Position numbers and translations under genes: made by a program. A stretch of DNA of 64,000 nt from the UHGV virus genome UHGV-1332848; one strand, given 5' to 3'. Shown here piece after piece: positions 26,769-36,459 of the stretch. The stretch's first letter is position 1. Every line of letters begins with the position of its first letter. Under the pieces are notes generated by a model, which saw only the letters and a program-made list of their open reading frames with translations, ran no database searches and was not told the origin of the DNA. Source of the DNA: a virus.

Positions 26769-27239
26769 TTAAACTTGATATTTAACTTCAGCTAAAACTT
26801 CTTCTATTTTCACCTCGATATATGAATTTATATCTTTTATTCCACCATTTAAAATATCTAACGTCCCATCTGTTAGTTGATTTAATACATTTTCTTTTAC
26901 TTGAACAGCAAGGTGTTTTAATTCTTCCTTGTCAATCTCTCCATCAAGCATAGCCTTTTCAATTAATTCTTTCTTAAGTGTGTTTTCCATAGCGATTATA
27001 TTTGTTTGAATTAATTTTTCAGTTTTCTCTATAGCGTTATTAAACATAGCCTGAACTCTTTCGTCTTCTAGTCTAGCAACCTCGATTTTAGCCTTTTGTG
27101 TAGCCTTAGCAACCCATAAACCAATATAAGCAGTAGCAATAGCGATAAGACCTCCTAAGACAACTGATAGTAATTGTAAAGCACTTTCTTGTAACATTTC
27201 CATTGTAAAATCCCTCCATTTAATTATTTTTATTGACAC
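26769..27239 (-). CDS. holin-like membrane protein (single N-terminal TM + coiled coil; LL-H-type)
   Basis: TM LLSVVLGGLIAIATAYIGLWVA then charged coiled coil; resembles Holin_LLH architecture. Confidence 0.4.
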   Translation of the reverse strand: MSIKIIKWRDFTMEMLQESALQLLSVVLGGLIAIATAYIGLWVAKATQKAKIEVARLEDERVQAMFNNAIEKTEKLIQTNIIAMENTLKKELIEKAMLDGEIDKEELKHLAVQVKENVLNQLTDGTLDILNGGIKDINSYIEVKIEEVLAEVKYQV

Positions 27240-27357
27240 CTAGACTCAACTAGGTTAAAATACACTTGTTAGAATAATCCATTTCTAACGTAATAGGAGT
27301 TATATCCTATTACCTCACATCAGTGTAATAGGTTTTAGCATTACCTATTGCACTTTT

Positions 27358-27675
27358 TTATTTATCTAATTTATTTTTTATATCAGTTACATCTTTTTTA
27401 ATTTCTTCCATAACGTCAAACTTATCAGCTAGATCAGAAATTATTTCTTGATTTTTATTTATAATATCCTGATTATTGTTTATTATCTCTTGGTTCTTGT
27501 TTATCGTATTTTGCATTTTTTCTTCTCTATTTTTACTTTCCAGTTCCCTTTCCCTACTTTCTTCTCTAGTATCCTCAACAAGTTTGTTATAGTCTTTTCT
27601 TTGATAAAACCACATAATAGCCATCAATCCCAAGATAGGACTAGATTTAAATATATCTACAAACATTGATTCCAT
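27358..27675 (-). CDS. membrane protein with tandem heptad repeats
   Basis: N-terminal TM (ILGLMAIMWFY) then coiled coil with NKNQEII x3 encoded by 21-nt DNA repeats. Confidence 0.4.
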   Translation of the reverse strand: MESMFVDIFKSSPILGLMAIMWFYQRKDYNKLVEDTREESRERELESKNREEKMQNTINKNQEIINNNQDIINKNQEIISDLADKFDVMEEIKKDVTDIKNKLDK

Positions 27676-27804
27676 TCAAATACCTCCTTATTTATGTTTT
27701 ATTTTTATGTTTCGTAAGGAGGTATTGAATAGTGATTTTTACTATGCAAAATAGTGATAGGGCAATAATAAATTTCATTTTAACCGCCTCCTTTTTTTAA
27801 TTTA

Positions 27805-28860
27805 TTATTTCTCAAATAGTTTATTAGCTTCTTCAGAATCGTCTCTTAAATCATAATGATTTGAAGTGGTAGAAATATCATTATGTTGACCAACATATTT
27901 GCTGACTACCTTTATATCTTTACCTTGTTCTAACAAATATGTTATAGCACTAGCTTTAAATAAGTGAGGATTTATTCTTCTGCCTAATATATCTGATAAG
28001 GTATCAGAACAAAAGAAATCAGCCCATTCCAAACCTATTTGGATAACTTCATCTTTGAACTTTTTAGCAAATATATATTTACTTTCAAAACCTCTTTTTT
28101 CTAACCACAACCTACAATACTTCAAAACTTCTTCATTAGCCATATATCTTACACGTTTGCCGTCATCAGATTTACCTTTTTCTCTAACGTAATTTGTATT
28201 AACGAACGTTCTACCTTCTGGAATTTCTTGGTATACAAAACTGGTTTCAAATTGTCTTATTCCTCCACGTCTAGCACCAGTATTAAAAGCACACACAACC
28301 CAAGCTAATCCCATGTAATTTTCATCATCCATTAATGTTTCTTTTAATATTTCATATTCTTCTTTAGAGATAGGTATTTTCTCATAAACATGGTTTTTGG
28401 GAATGTCTTTAAATGCTTTTGTAAAGTTTCTAAAATTCTTATATTCTTCAAAATCATCATCTTCAGCAATTACATCTTCTATATACGCACATAGAGTACT
28501 AACTGATGATTTTTTAAATCTCAAACCTGAACCGCTCATCCCTCTATTTGTTAAATAACTCATATACCTATTAAAATCTCTTTTCTTTATTTTATATAAG
28601 GGTTTATCATTACAAGATGAATATATCCAATATATAAATTGCTTTAATCCTGATATATATTGTCTTTTAGTGGCTGGAGATAGTTGAGGATTCATTTGCA
28701 AAAATTCTTCCATCATATCTCTATTTTCTTTATTACACAAGTTATACATTTCATCCGTTACTGAAGGAAGTTTTAATGCTCTTTCTCTAATCATATTTTT
28801 ATTTATTGTCAAATAAATACCTCCTTTATGTTTAATTTCGCATTTTATTTCGTTTTTCAA
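27805..28860 (-). CDS. tyrosine site-specific recombinase (phage integrase family)
   Basis: C-terminal catalytic region with conserved R (TGARRGGIR), H-x-x-R (HLFKASAITYL) and terminal Tyr (SNHYDL). N-terminal SAM-like core-binding domain. Confidence 0.85.
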   Translation of the reverse strand: MKNEIKCEIKHKGGIYLTINKNMIRERALKLPSVTDEMYNLCNKENRDMMEEFLQMNPQLSPATKRQYISGLKQFIYWIYSSCNDKPLYKIKKRDFNRYMSYLTNRGMSGSGLRFKKSSVSTLCAYIEDVIAEDDDFEEYKNFRNFTKAFKDIPKNHVYEKIPISKEEYEILKETLMDDENYMGLAWVVCAFNTGARRGGIRQFETSFVYQEIPEGRTFVNTNYVREKGKSDDGKRVRYMANEEVLKYCRLWLEKRGFESKYIFAKKFKDEVIQIGLEWADFFCSDTLSDILGRRINPHLFKASAITYLLEQGKDIKVVSKYVGQHNDISTTSNHYDLRDDSEEANKLFEK

Positions 28861-29006
28861 ACTTAACCATATATGACCATATAGTTATTTTAAGGCTTTA
28901 TAAATAACCTTTATTACTCTTAGCCATATTCATTTAATCAGCATTTATTAGATATTTTTTATAACCATGTTGAAAAATATTTAACCATATAGTATAATTT
29001 GCTTAA
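28861..29006. promoter_or_regulatory. repeated AACCATAT(A/G) motifs next to the recombinase gene (candidate arm-type or operator sites) plus TATAAT -10 for the divergent ORF
   Basis: Four copies of (T)AACCATAT-like motif at about 28862, 28872, 28922 and 28985; TAGTATAAT at about 28990. Confidence 0.35.
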
Positions 29007-29258
29007 ATGATGCATATACTAGGAGGTTACATTTTGTTTAATATAAATGGTTATCAAATAAAAGAGGGGAATGAATATCTAAAACACCCAAGAACAAAGG
29101 TCACAACAACTATAAGAAGTGAATATTACACAGAATATAAAAAGTTGATGAGTGCGATAGGTGAAGAATATTGTAAGGGCTTTGATATAATGATTGAATT
29201 ACTAAGTCAAAACGAAGAATTACTAGATGAATTTGTATCAAGAGTTAAAAAATACTAA
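29007..29258 (+). CDS. small protein transcribed divergently from the recombinase (candidate excisionase/regulator)
   Basis: Only + strand gene in the late arm; RBS AGGAGG; likely start TTG/ATG near 29031. Confidence 0.4.
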   Translation: MMHILGGYILFNINGYQIKEGNEYLKHPRTKVTTTIRSEYYTEYKKLMSAIGEEYCKGFDIMIELLSQNEELLDEFVSRVKKY

Positions 29259-29394
29259 CTCAATACATAGTTTATATAACTACAACATGTAGTAATCAAA
29301 ATATATAAAACTTCAATTTTAAATAAAATTCAAATTAGTAATTATAAGTACAGTAGGGGAGTTAAAATTTAAATTCTCCTACAAATCAACCCTA

Positions 29395-29961
29395 TTATTT
29401 TTGCTTTTTCTTTTTTAATTTATTATTCCTCAACGTTTCTTCACGCTTTTTAGATTTTGCAATTTCTTTAATGGCAGTTTCATATAACAATTCCTCATCG
29501 TATTCACAATCATAAAATTCTATTCTTGATCCTTCAATTCCTTTATGGTATTCAACGGTGATAGTTAATTCTTTTATGCATAAATAACTATCATCAACTA
29601 ATACGCCACTAGCTTCAGCAGTAAGACCATCTAAAATCATCTTCGGAGTATAATTGTCAATATCTTTTCTCCTTGAAGTAGAATTGTAAACCACATATTT
29701 ACATTTACAATTTGATATTCCTAAATCTTCTAAGCCATAATGTTTTACCACATAAACAACGAAATCTTTCCAGTCTTGTTTCAGTTTATTCATAGTTATT
29801 CTCTGCAAAATCACCCATTTATTCAAAGATGGATGACTAGGGTTATCTATTGGTCTTTTTTTACTTCTTGGATGCTTTTTAAAATATTCTTTTGTCCAAT
29901 TCTCCAAAAGTTCCTCCGTAAACTCTATTACTATTTTTTCATTATTCATCCTTAACCTCAT
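29395..29961 (-). CDS. RusA-family Holliday-junction resolvase-like protein with Lys-rich tail
   Basis: RKDIDNYTPKMILDGLTAEASGVLVDDSYL...KELTITVEY matches RusA catalytic block ([25 protein letters not shown]...LELTITEM). Confidence 0.6.
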   Translation of the reverse strand: MRLRMNNEKIVIEFTEELLENWTKEYFKKHPRSKKRPIDNPSHPSLNKWVILQRITMNKLKQDWKDFVVYVVKHYGLEDLGISNCKCKYVVYNSTSRRKDIDNYTPKMILDGLTAEASGVLVDDSYLCIKELTITVEYHKGIEGSRIEFYDCEYDEELLYETAIKEIAKSKKREETLRNNKLKKKKQK

Positions 29962-30158
29962 TTTCTATTTCAATATAAAATGACTAGCCAAATCAATGAC
30001 TAGTCAAAGTATTTAATTAATTATTTTATTGCGTAATATTTATCAATTTACTAGTAATAACACTTGCTAGGTGAGCTAATTTCCTTATAACTATCATCTT
30101 TATCCCTCGCCTAGCATTATTTTTTATAATAAATAAAAAAGACTAGCTTTCACTACTC

Positions 30159-31472
30159 TTAGATTCCACCACCAAATATTGAATTATAAGCTTCTTCATA
30201 CATCTCTATATGACCATTGGCGTTCGGATGTATTTTATCTTCTTGTAATAATGTTAAATCATTTTTAAAAGTATTAAAGAAGTCTATACAGATAATTTTT
30301 TCTTTAGAGCATAATCGTCTCACTTTATTATTATACTCTATTATCCAAGCCCAACTTTGACTATTTACAGCCGAGGTATTTTTTGTTCTATCCATAGGTG
30401 GGCAAGTACAAACAACTGGAATTGCTCCATTTCCTTTACATTGCCATATAGCTTGTCTTAATTGATTTATTGCTGTATTAATATCAGTACCAGTACCATC
30501 AATTCTTGAATTATTTGTACCACCAAGAATAGTTACTAAATCATAACCTTTAAGTATATTATTAACTACCTGACTTAATATAACTTCCATATTTGAGCCA
30601 CTAACTGCAACATTTTCACTTTGAACTTCTGCATTTAATTCTTTAATTTTATTATATAATAAAGTAGTCCATCGTTCTTCTGTATTTACTCCTGCTCCAA
30701 ATGTTAAGCTATCTCCGACATGAAGAATTTTATCTACTTTGTTAGGTAAAATATCGAATTTATATTCCTTAACCCAAGGATTTTCAAATACTATATTTTT
30801 AATCCATGTATCTATATTTGTAGACCCATTATAAATACCAAATCCAAATAATCCTATACTTTCTCTTAAAGTAAAACAACTTGAGACATCTTCATCGAAT
30901 AAAGCACTCCCATTCATATAAACACTAAATCTAGTACCTATAAATCTAACAGATAGATTTATACCTTCACCATTTTTCGGAACAATTTGATTAACATCAT
31001 AACTAATTGCTTTAGCTCTTTCGAAAGCTCCATTTGTAGTTTTACCTAGCCAAAGTTGTTTAAAATTAAAAAATAATAAGCATGAAAAGTAATCTGTTTT
31101 ATTTTTCCCTTTAAAATTTATTGCTACAGCATTGTTGTCCGTAGAATTTATATCAAATCCTTTTATTGTAACTCCTATTTCACCATCTTGAATTAACTTA
31201 GTCTTATGAAAAATATTCACTCCATGAGTATTAAATTGAGTGAAAGTAGGTTTAAGTGTTTCATCACTGAATATCCAATCGCCCTGTTCTTGATTAGGTG
31301 TTAACCAACAACTTTTTTTCCAATCTTCTTGACCATTAAAAAGATTTATAAATTCTAATTTTGTTCTATTTATTAGACTTGATACATTATTATTTTCTTT
31401 ATTTATAGTATTCATTTGTTCCAATGACGCACTATGTTCTTTTATTTTACTTTCTACTTCTCTATATAGCAT
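30159..31472 (-). CDS. tail protein with C-terminal SGNH/GDSL hydrolase (esterase) domain
   Basis: SGNH blocks I (ILHVGDSLTFGAG), III (ILGGTNNS) and V (DKIHPNANGH). N-terminal 18 aa identical to fibre 24527-26026. Confidence 0.7.
   Translation of the reverse strand: MLYREVESKIKEHSASLEQMNTINKENNNVSSLINRTKLEFINLFNGQEDWKKSCWLTPNQEQGDWIFSDETLKPTFTQFNTHGVNIFHKTKLIQDGEIGVTIKGFDINSTDNNAVAINFKGKNKTDYFSCLLFFNFKQLWLGKTTNGAFERAKAISYDVNQIVPKNGEGINLSVRFIGTRFSVYMNGSALFDEDVSSCFTLRESIGLFGFGIYNGSTNIDTWIKNIVFENPWVKEYKFDILPNKVDKILHVGDSLTFGAGVNTEERWTTLLYNKIKELNAEVQSENVAVSGSNMEVILSQVVNNILKGYDLVTILGGTNNSRIDGTGTDINTAINQLRQAIWQCKGNGAIPVVCTCPPMDRTKNTSAVNSQSWAWIIEYNNKVRRLCSKEKIICIDFFNTFKNDLTLLQEDKIHPNANGHIEMYEEAYNSIFGGGI
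31417..31472 (-). repeat. 56-nt direct repeat copy A = 5' end of SGNH tail protein gene
   Basis: identical 47-nt core plus 3 mismatches in the first three codons; sequence diverges abruptly beyond the core. Confidence 0.9.
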
Positions 31473-31504
31473 TTAATAAAATTACCTCCTTTTGTAATTA
31501 ATTT

Positions 31505-32515
31505 TTATATAGCCAAAGGCGTCATGTATCCATAACACACTGTATCAGTATTCAAATCTTTTGATATATTACTTTTAACAAATAATTTATATCCAGTTGC
31601 ATTATAATCTATAGCACCTGATAAATCACCATATGTGATACTTGGACTTAAATTTTTACCATCTATAGTTCTGTCATTTAAATTAACAACAAATGGATTG
31701 ATTTTACCGTTATATAAATTAAAACTTAATAAAAAAGTAGCTGAATTAAAAGTACCCGGGCTAACAACTCCTCCGATAGATATTAAATATTGCTTATTTA
31801 AAAGATTTTTTGCAGGTTCATTAATTAAGTCAGTTGACAAATAAATGTAATTTGAACCTAAAAGTCTATAAGGATTCAATTTAATTCTTTTGGTTAGCTG
31901 ATAATTTACAACATGGTTAATTCCATTAATGTCATTTTCTAATACATTTATCTCTGTTTGTATATTGTTTTTTAGTTCAACAAATTCAATATTTACATCA
32001 TTAGTTTTTTGAGTAACTAAATCCTTCATATTTATTACAGATTGATTGATATTATTTAAATCACCTCGATAAGAATTTAGTAAATTATTTAACTCTCTTA
32101 ACGTTTCAATATCTTCTCTGGATTCAACAATTATGCCGGTAGCCATTGATTTAACAACATTAACCACGAATCTTTGGAGATTAATAGATTCATCTCCATC
32201 CTCAATTAATAAACAACATATATTTCTACCTTCAACATTGAATATATCAACTCTGGGGTAAAGTTTTACTATACCATTTGGGGCATCAACTATATTTATT
32301 TTTTCTATTTGTTCAAAATATTCACCATTAGATTTTACTCCTACAAACCTGCATGTAGCTCCAGTTATATCTTTAGGCAGATTGTTTTCTTCTATATTTA
32401 TAGTTATCTCAATGCTGTCGCCTACAACTGCAACAAAATCTTTTATACTTAATATGTTTTGTTTGATTGTATCTAATTTTATATTTAACTTTTTTGCTAT
32501 TATATTTTCAGGCAA
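31505..32515 (-). CDS. baseplate / receptor-binding-complex protein (BppU-like N-terminus)
   Basis: N-terminal domain then Asn-rich coiled coil then C-terminal beta domain; position between endolysin and fibre genes. Confidence 0.45.
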   Translation of the reverse strand: MPENIIAKKLNIKLDTIKQNILSIKDFVAVVGDSIEITINIEENNLPKDITGATCRFVGVKSNGEYFEQIEKINIVDAPNGIVKLYPRVDIFNVEGRNICCLLIEDGDESINLQRFVVNVVKSMATGIIVESREDIETLRELNNLLNSYRGDLNNINQSVINMKDLVTQKTNDVNIEFVELKNNIQTEINVLENDINGINHVVNYQLTKRIKLNPYRLLGSNYIYLSTDLINEPAKNLLNKQYLISIGGVVSPGTFNSATFLLSFNLYNGKINPFVVNLNDRTIDGKNLSPSITYGDLSGAIDYNATGYKLFVKSNISKDLNTDTVCYGYMTPLAI

Positions 32516-32546
32516 TGTTAAATCACCACCTTTCTTTTAATTAATT

Positions 32547-33413
32547 TTACCTATTTATAGTTGCATTTTTTCTTATATATGCTCTAGTTCCATCTATATC
32601 TAAAGCATAATATCCGCTCATTTCAAATCTTGCAGTTATTAATTCATCTTTATAGAAAGGTTTAATTTCTTTTTCCCAAACCCTACAAGGATAGTCTATT
32701 ACTTGAAGTCTAAACCTTCTATATCTTTCATCAGTTCGTCCTAATAACTCTACATTAGCCTTTTCTACCCAACAGCGTTTCCCATCAAACTCTATAGCAT
32801 ATGCCCATTGATTTTCTGCATCAGAAGTTAATAAATCGCCCTTATTGAATATCTTAACTTCTCCATCATATGACATTGCATCTGAACTCATTTTCAAAGG
32901 TAGCGGGAAACTAGATTTAACATCTGTATCAAGTTTATTTAACTCAGCTTGAATCATATTTAAGAATCTTTGCCACCCCATATCCAAAGTTCTGTGAGGA
33001 CAGTACTTTCCACTAAAATCTTGATGTTTCTTTACTTTATCTATTCCCCAACCTCTTTCCTTTAGTATTTCAGCAACCAATTCAGCACAATTCCTTTCAG
33101 CTTTATCAAACCTTTCTCCGCCTGATCTTGAATAACAAATTTCTATACCTATGTATTTTCTATTACCTCTTCCACTTCCACCATCGCCAGTATGCCAAGC
33201 ATTTCTATTAAGTGGCAACCCTTGAATAGCACACACATCATCTACTGCAATATGAAAGCTTACTTCGTTATTATTGCTTTGCATATAAGCTATTTCATTT
33301 TCAGCACTTGCATCATTGGCTGTGTTATGAATTGCTATACCTTCAGCTTCCATTGGATAAGGGCACTTTATGTCGTACCTATTTGATGATATAAGTTTTT
33401 GTATTATTTTCAT
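32547..33413 (-). CDS. N-acetylmuramoyl-L-alanine amidase (Amidase_2/PGRP) with C-terminal cell-wall-binding repeats; endolysin
   Basis: AIHNTANDASAENEIAYM...AWHTGDGGSGRGNRKYIGIEIC...KHQDFSGKYCPHR zinc-amidase motifs; duplicated SH3-like C-terminal halves. Confidence 0.85.
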   Translation of the reverse strand: MKIIQKLISSNRYDIKCPYPMEAEGIAIHNTANDASAENEIAYMQSNNNEVSFHIAVDDVCAIQGLPLNRNAWHTGDGGSGRGNRKYIGIEICYSRSGGERFDKAERNCAELVAEILKERGWGIDKVKKHQDFSGKYCPHRTLDMGWQRFLNMIQAELNKLDTDVKSSFPLPLKMSSDAMSYDGEVKIFNKGDLLTSDAENQWAYAIEFDGKRCWVEKANVELLGRTDERYRRFRLQVIDYPCRVWEKEIKPFYKDELITARFEMSGYYALDIDGTRAYIRKNATINR

Positions 33414-33594
33414 AAAACTCTCTCCTTTTTATATAATTTTTCTATATTCAAACATAATATTAATATCCAAAAAAGTATTTCCAAATACAATTTATTAGTT
33501 ACTTTTTTATATAAATATGGATATGATTCACACAATTTATTCTGCCAGAATTATCATTTTAATATATAATAGTTATGGGAAATAAACCATAAAT

Positions 33595-34407
33595 CTAATA
33601 GCCATACTTGTTCCACCTCCCAATAGCCCTTATATGTATATCAAAAGAAAGTGGAGTTGTTGTAGCTGTGCCTCTAAAAAATATTATCTTCCCGGGTGAC
33701 GTTTTAGTTGGTAAAGATTTTAGACTAGACATAAAAGACCAATCTTCGGTGTTAAAAACACTTACCTGTACTGTAGGCGGTTCTGTGAATTCTACGGGGT
33801 AATTTGATAGATTATATGTTTCACTTCCAAATATTTGCCCCCATGCCCCCTTTATTTCAACATTATTCAACCTTTGTGTCATATTTATTTCCATAAGACC
33901 ATTGTCGTATCTTATAATACTACTGTTTGAATATATGTCTGAGTTACTATATTTTGAATCCACAGTAATTACTACGTTTCTGAGCTTATACTCTCCTATC
34001 TCGCCTTGTGACAATCCAATAACACAAGAAGTATATTTGGAATTATTTTTAGATATAAAATTAAATGTTATAGTTTCCCAAACACCTGAACTGTTTATAG
34101 ATTCTAAACCACTCGTGTCAAAATTAGTACCCACATAACTTTGGTTAGAATAGTCTATTGAAAAATGAGGTTTGATTCCACTTACACACATTATCTCTGC
34201 TTGTACCTTTATCTTATCACCAATGCCAATTTCTCCAAGGGCAATTCGAAAATAACCTCTATTGCAATTTGCGTGAACGTACTTACCATTATCATTCCAT
34301 ATGTATTGATTAACATTTGGTGCAACGCCCTCTGTATATGTTAAATCTCTAGTTATACAGTTTTGAAATTCTTCTTTTTTTACTAAACTAAAAACCCTAA
34401 TATTCAT
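33595..34407 (-). CDS. hypothetical tail/receptor-binding protein (beta-sandwich-like)
   Basis: position within tail cluster; no motif. Confidence 0.4.
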   Translation of the reverse strand: MNIRVFSLVKKEEFQNCITRDLTYTEGVAPNVNQYIWNDNGKYVHANCNRGYFRIALGEIGIGDKIKVQAEIMCVSGIKPHFSIDYSNQSYVGTNFDTSGLESINSSGVWETITFNFISKNNSKYTSCVIGLSQGEIGEYKLRNVVITVDSKYSNSDIYSNSSIIRYDNGLMEINMTQRLNNVEIKGAWGQIFGSETYNLSNYPVEFTEPPTVQVSVFNTEDWSFMSSLKSLPTKTSPGKIIFFRGTATTTPLSFDIHIRAIGRWNKYGY

Positions 34408-36360
34408 TTAAAAATCACCACCTTCTATTAAAAAATCAGTTGTCATTAAATCAACACCCAAATCCATTTGATCTCTAAATTGCATTATTGATGTGGCACT
34501 GTAAGATATTATTGCAACATTATTATTGTGGGCATACTTAATTAAATCTTCAGTTACATAATTGGTTGGAGTTGATATGAATGAGTTTCCTAAAACTATA
34601 CAATTATCAATATTTGAGTTGCTAATGTTTGCATTATAACCCAACATTATGTTTTTATCTTTATTTCTTATCTCACTCAATAATGTGTAGTTAAAGGATA
34701 AAAATACTACTTTATCTCTAACTTTATATTTGTCTATAATAGCGAAAAGTTTATCGTAATTATATATAGTCCCTTTTAGTTCTAAAAATAAATATTTATT
34801 ATATCTTTGAAGTATTTTTAATAAATCTTCTATTTTGGGTATTCTTAAATCAGTATAATAGGAAGGATTGCCATCGCCCCCATCTATTTTTAGGCTACTT
34901 ATATAATCATAATTTAAATTCTCAACTCTACCAGTTCCATTAGTTGTTCTATCTAACGTATCGTCATGTATTATTACAAATTCGCCATCTCTCGTTTGAT
35001 ATATATCAACTTCAACCCCGAACATCCCAATTTCAAAAGCCTTCTCTACTGCAAATGCTGTATTTTCTGGATATATATGACCTAATCCCCTATGTCCTAT
35101 TAATTTAGATTTGGAATTTTTTATAATATTAAAAAAATCTTTTTTATTTTTTTCATTTATTATATTACCAATCTCAATAGTATTTTCATTGATTCTCTTA
35201 TCAATATCATCAATCTTTTTAGTTAATTTTGTAGTTCCATCCTGCATAAATACTGCATCTGAATCAGTAACTGGATTTTCTAACAAACCATTCCCATCTT
35301 TTAATCTAACTTTTTTTGTATCAACGCCTATACTATCACTAGCAAATTCTTCAACATTAGTTCCAAATAAAGCATTACCTTGATAATAACTAGCCGAAAG
35401 TACCACTTTTATATTTGGGTGTTCAGCACTATTCCTTATTAAAATATTGTTTTTATCAATTATCTTACAATCTGGGAACAACAATTCATCCAAAACACTA
35501 TCATACATAACTACATGTAGTTCTTTACTATTCATATTATGTGTCCAAGTATATTCATTATTTACAAATTGAGATGCTCCAATAATTAAACTTTTATTTC
35601 CTGTTGCATTAATTTTATCTACAGAATCTTTTCCACTCGCAATTGTTTGTTGTAATACCAAGTTTGTCTGTGTTGCCGATTGATTTGTATTTGATAAGGT
35701 TGTGTTTGTATCCGTAGCACTGTCTATAGATTGGTCTAAATCTTTTTTCTTTTGTGTAGCGGTATTGTTTGCATCAACTAGACTAGGTAACAAAGTATTG
35801 CCTTCTTGTATATTTTCTTTCAAATTTGTATTTAATGGTGTTCCTACCCTTATGTCTTCAAGCAAATTTTCATGTAATATAGTACCAGTTTCTATATCTT
35901 TCTCTAATCTTTTTAATATAGTTACAGAATCTCCAAAGAGTTCCAAAGCTCTTAATCCCTCGTATCCTTTATCTATCAACTCTTGAAGTATTCTAACCAC
36001 GTTATCTTTATTTTTATAGAATATTCTATTGGTTGAAAGTAAAGTTACTCCTAATGAGTTGTATCTAAATTCCAGCGTTCTTCCCTTTAAATTAGGATGA
36101 AAATAAATTAGCCCATCTTTTGTTATATAATAATTATTTTCACTCTTATATACATCATCCAAGTTGTCGACTTCCATCATATTATCTCCATCAACTATTG
36201 TCACCCCTTGATATGTTTCTGGTGTACCAGTTAATTGTACGAGGTTTTTATCAGATGAAACTTGTTGTTGTTCCACCATTAATTTAGCATAAGGTCTATC
36301 GTTTTCATCTAAGAACCATCTGCTTATAATGGAGTTTTCATATCTATCCTCTATACTCAC
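34408..36360 (-). CDS. tail-associated glycerophosphodiester phosphodiesterase (GDPD domain)
   Basis: C-terminal IGHRGLGHIYPENTAFAVEKAFEIGMFGVEVDIYQTRDGEFVIIHDDTLDRTTNG is a canonical GP-PDE catalytic block; N-terminal structural domain. Confidence 0.75.
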   Translation of the reverse strand: MSIEDRYENSIISRWFLDENDRPYAKLMVEQQQVSSDKNLVQLTGTPETYQGVTIVDGDNMMEVDNLDDVYKSENNYYITKDGLIYFHPNLKGRTLEFRYNSLGVTLLSTNRIFYKNKDNVVRILQELIDKGYEGLRALELFGDSVTILKRLEKDIETGTILHENLLEDIRVGTPLNTNLKENIQEGNTLLPSLVDANNTATQKKKDLDQSIDSATDTNTTLSNTNQSATQTNLVLQQTIASGKDSVDKINATGNKSLIIGASQFVNNEYTWTHNMNSKELHVVMYDSVLDELLFPDCKIIDKNNILIRNSAEHPNIKVVLSASYYQGNALFGTNVEEFASDSIGVDTKKVRLKDGNGLLENPVTDSDAVFMQDGTTKLTKKIDDIDKRINENTIEIGNIINEKNKKDFFNIIKNSKSKLIGHRGLGHIYPENTAFAVEKAFEIGMFGVEVDIYQTRDGEFVIIHDDTLDRTTNGTGRVENLNYDYISSLKIDGGDGNPSYYTDLRIPKIEDLLKILQRYNKYLFLELKGTIYNYDKLFAIIDKYKVRDKVVFLSFNYTLLSEIRNKDKNIMLGYNANISNSNIDNCIVLGNSFISTPTNYVTEDLIKYAHNNNVAIISYSATSIMQFRDQMDLGVDLMTTDFLIEGGDF

Positions 36361-36459
36361 TTATCTCATCACTCCTAACACTTCTATATTTTTACATAAA
36401 TAAAACAGCCATAATATTTTACAAATCCTTTACGATTCGCTTAATAAAATGACTGTTTT

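Noticed and set aside
26769-27239. Confident holin call for the 156-aa protein
   Set aside because: A single N-terminal TM plus a coiled coil fits LL-H-type holins, but equally fits unrelated membrane-anchored proteins. It is kept as a low-confidence feature only.
27805-28860. Simple reading of the tyrosine recombinase as the prophage integrase marking a prophage end
   Set aside because: Phage genes continue on both sides, so it is not at a prophage-host junction in this window. The flanking direct repeats coincide with fibre-gene 5' ends. It may still be the phage integrase with attP near 28.9 kb, so this is kept as an alternative and not excluded.
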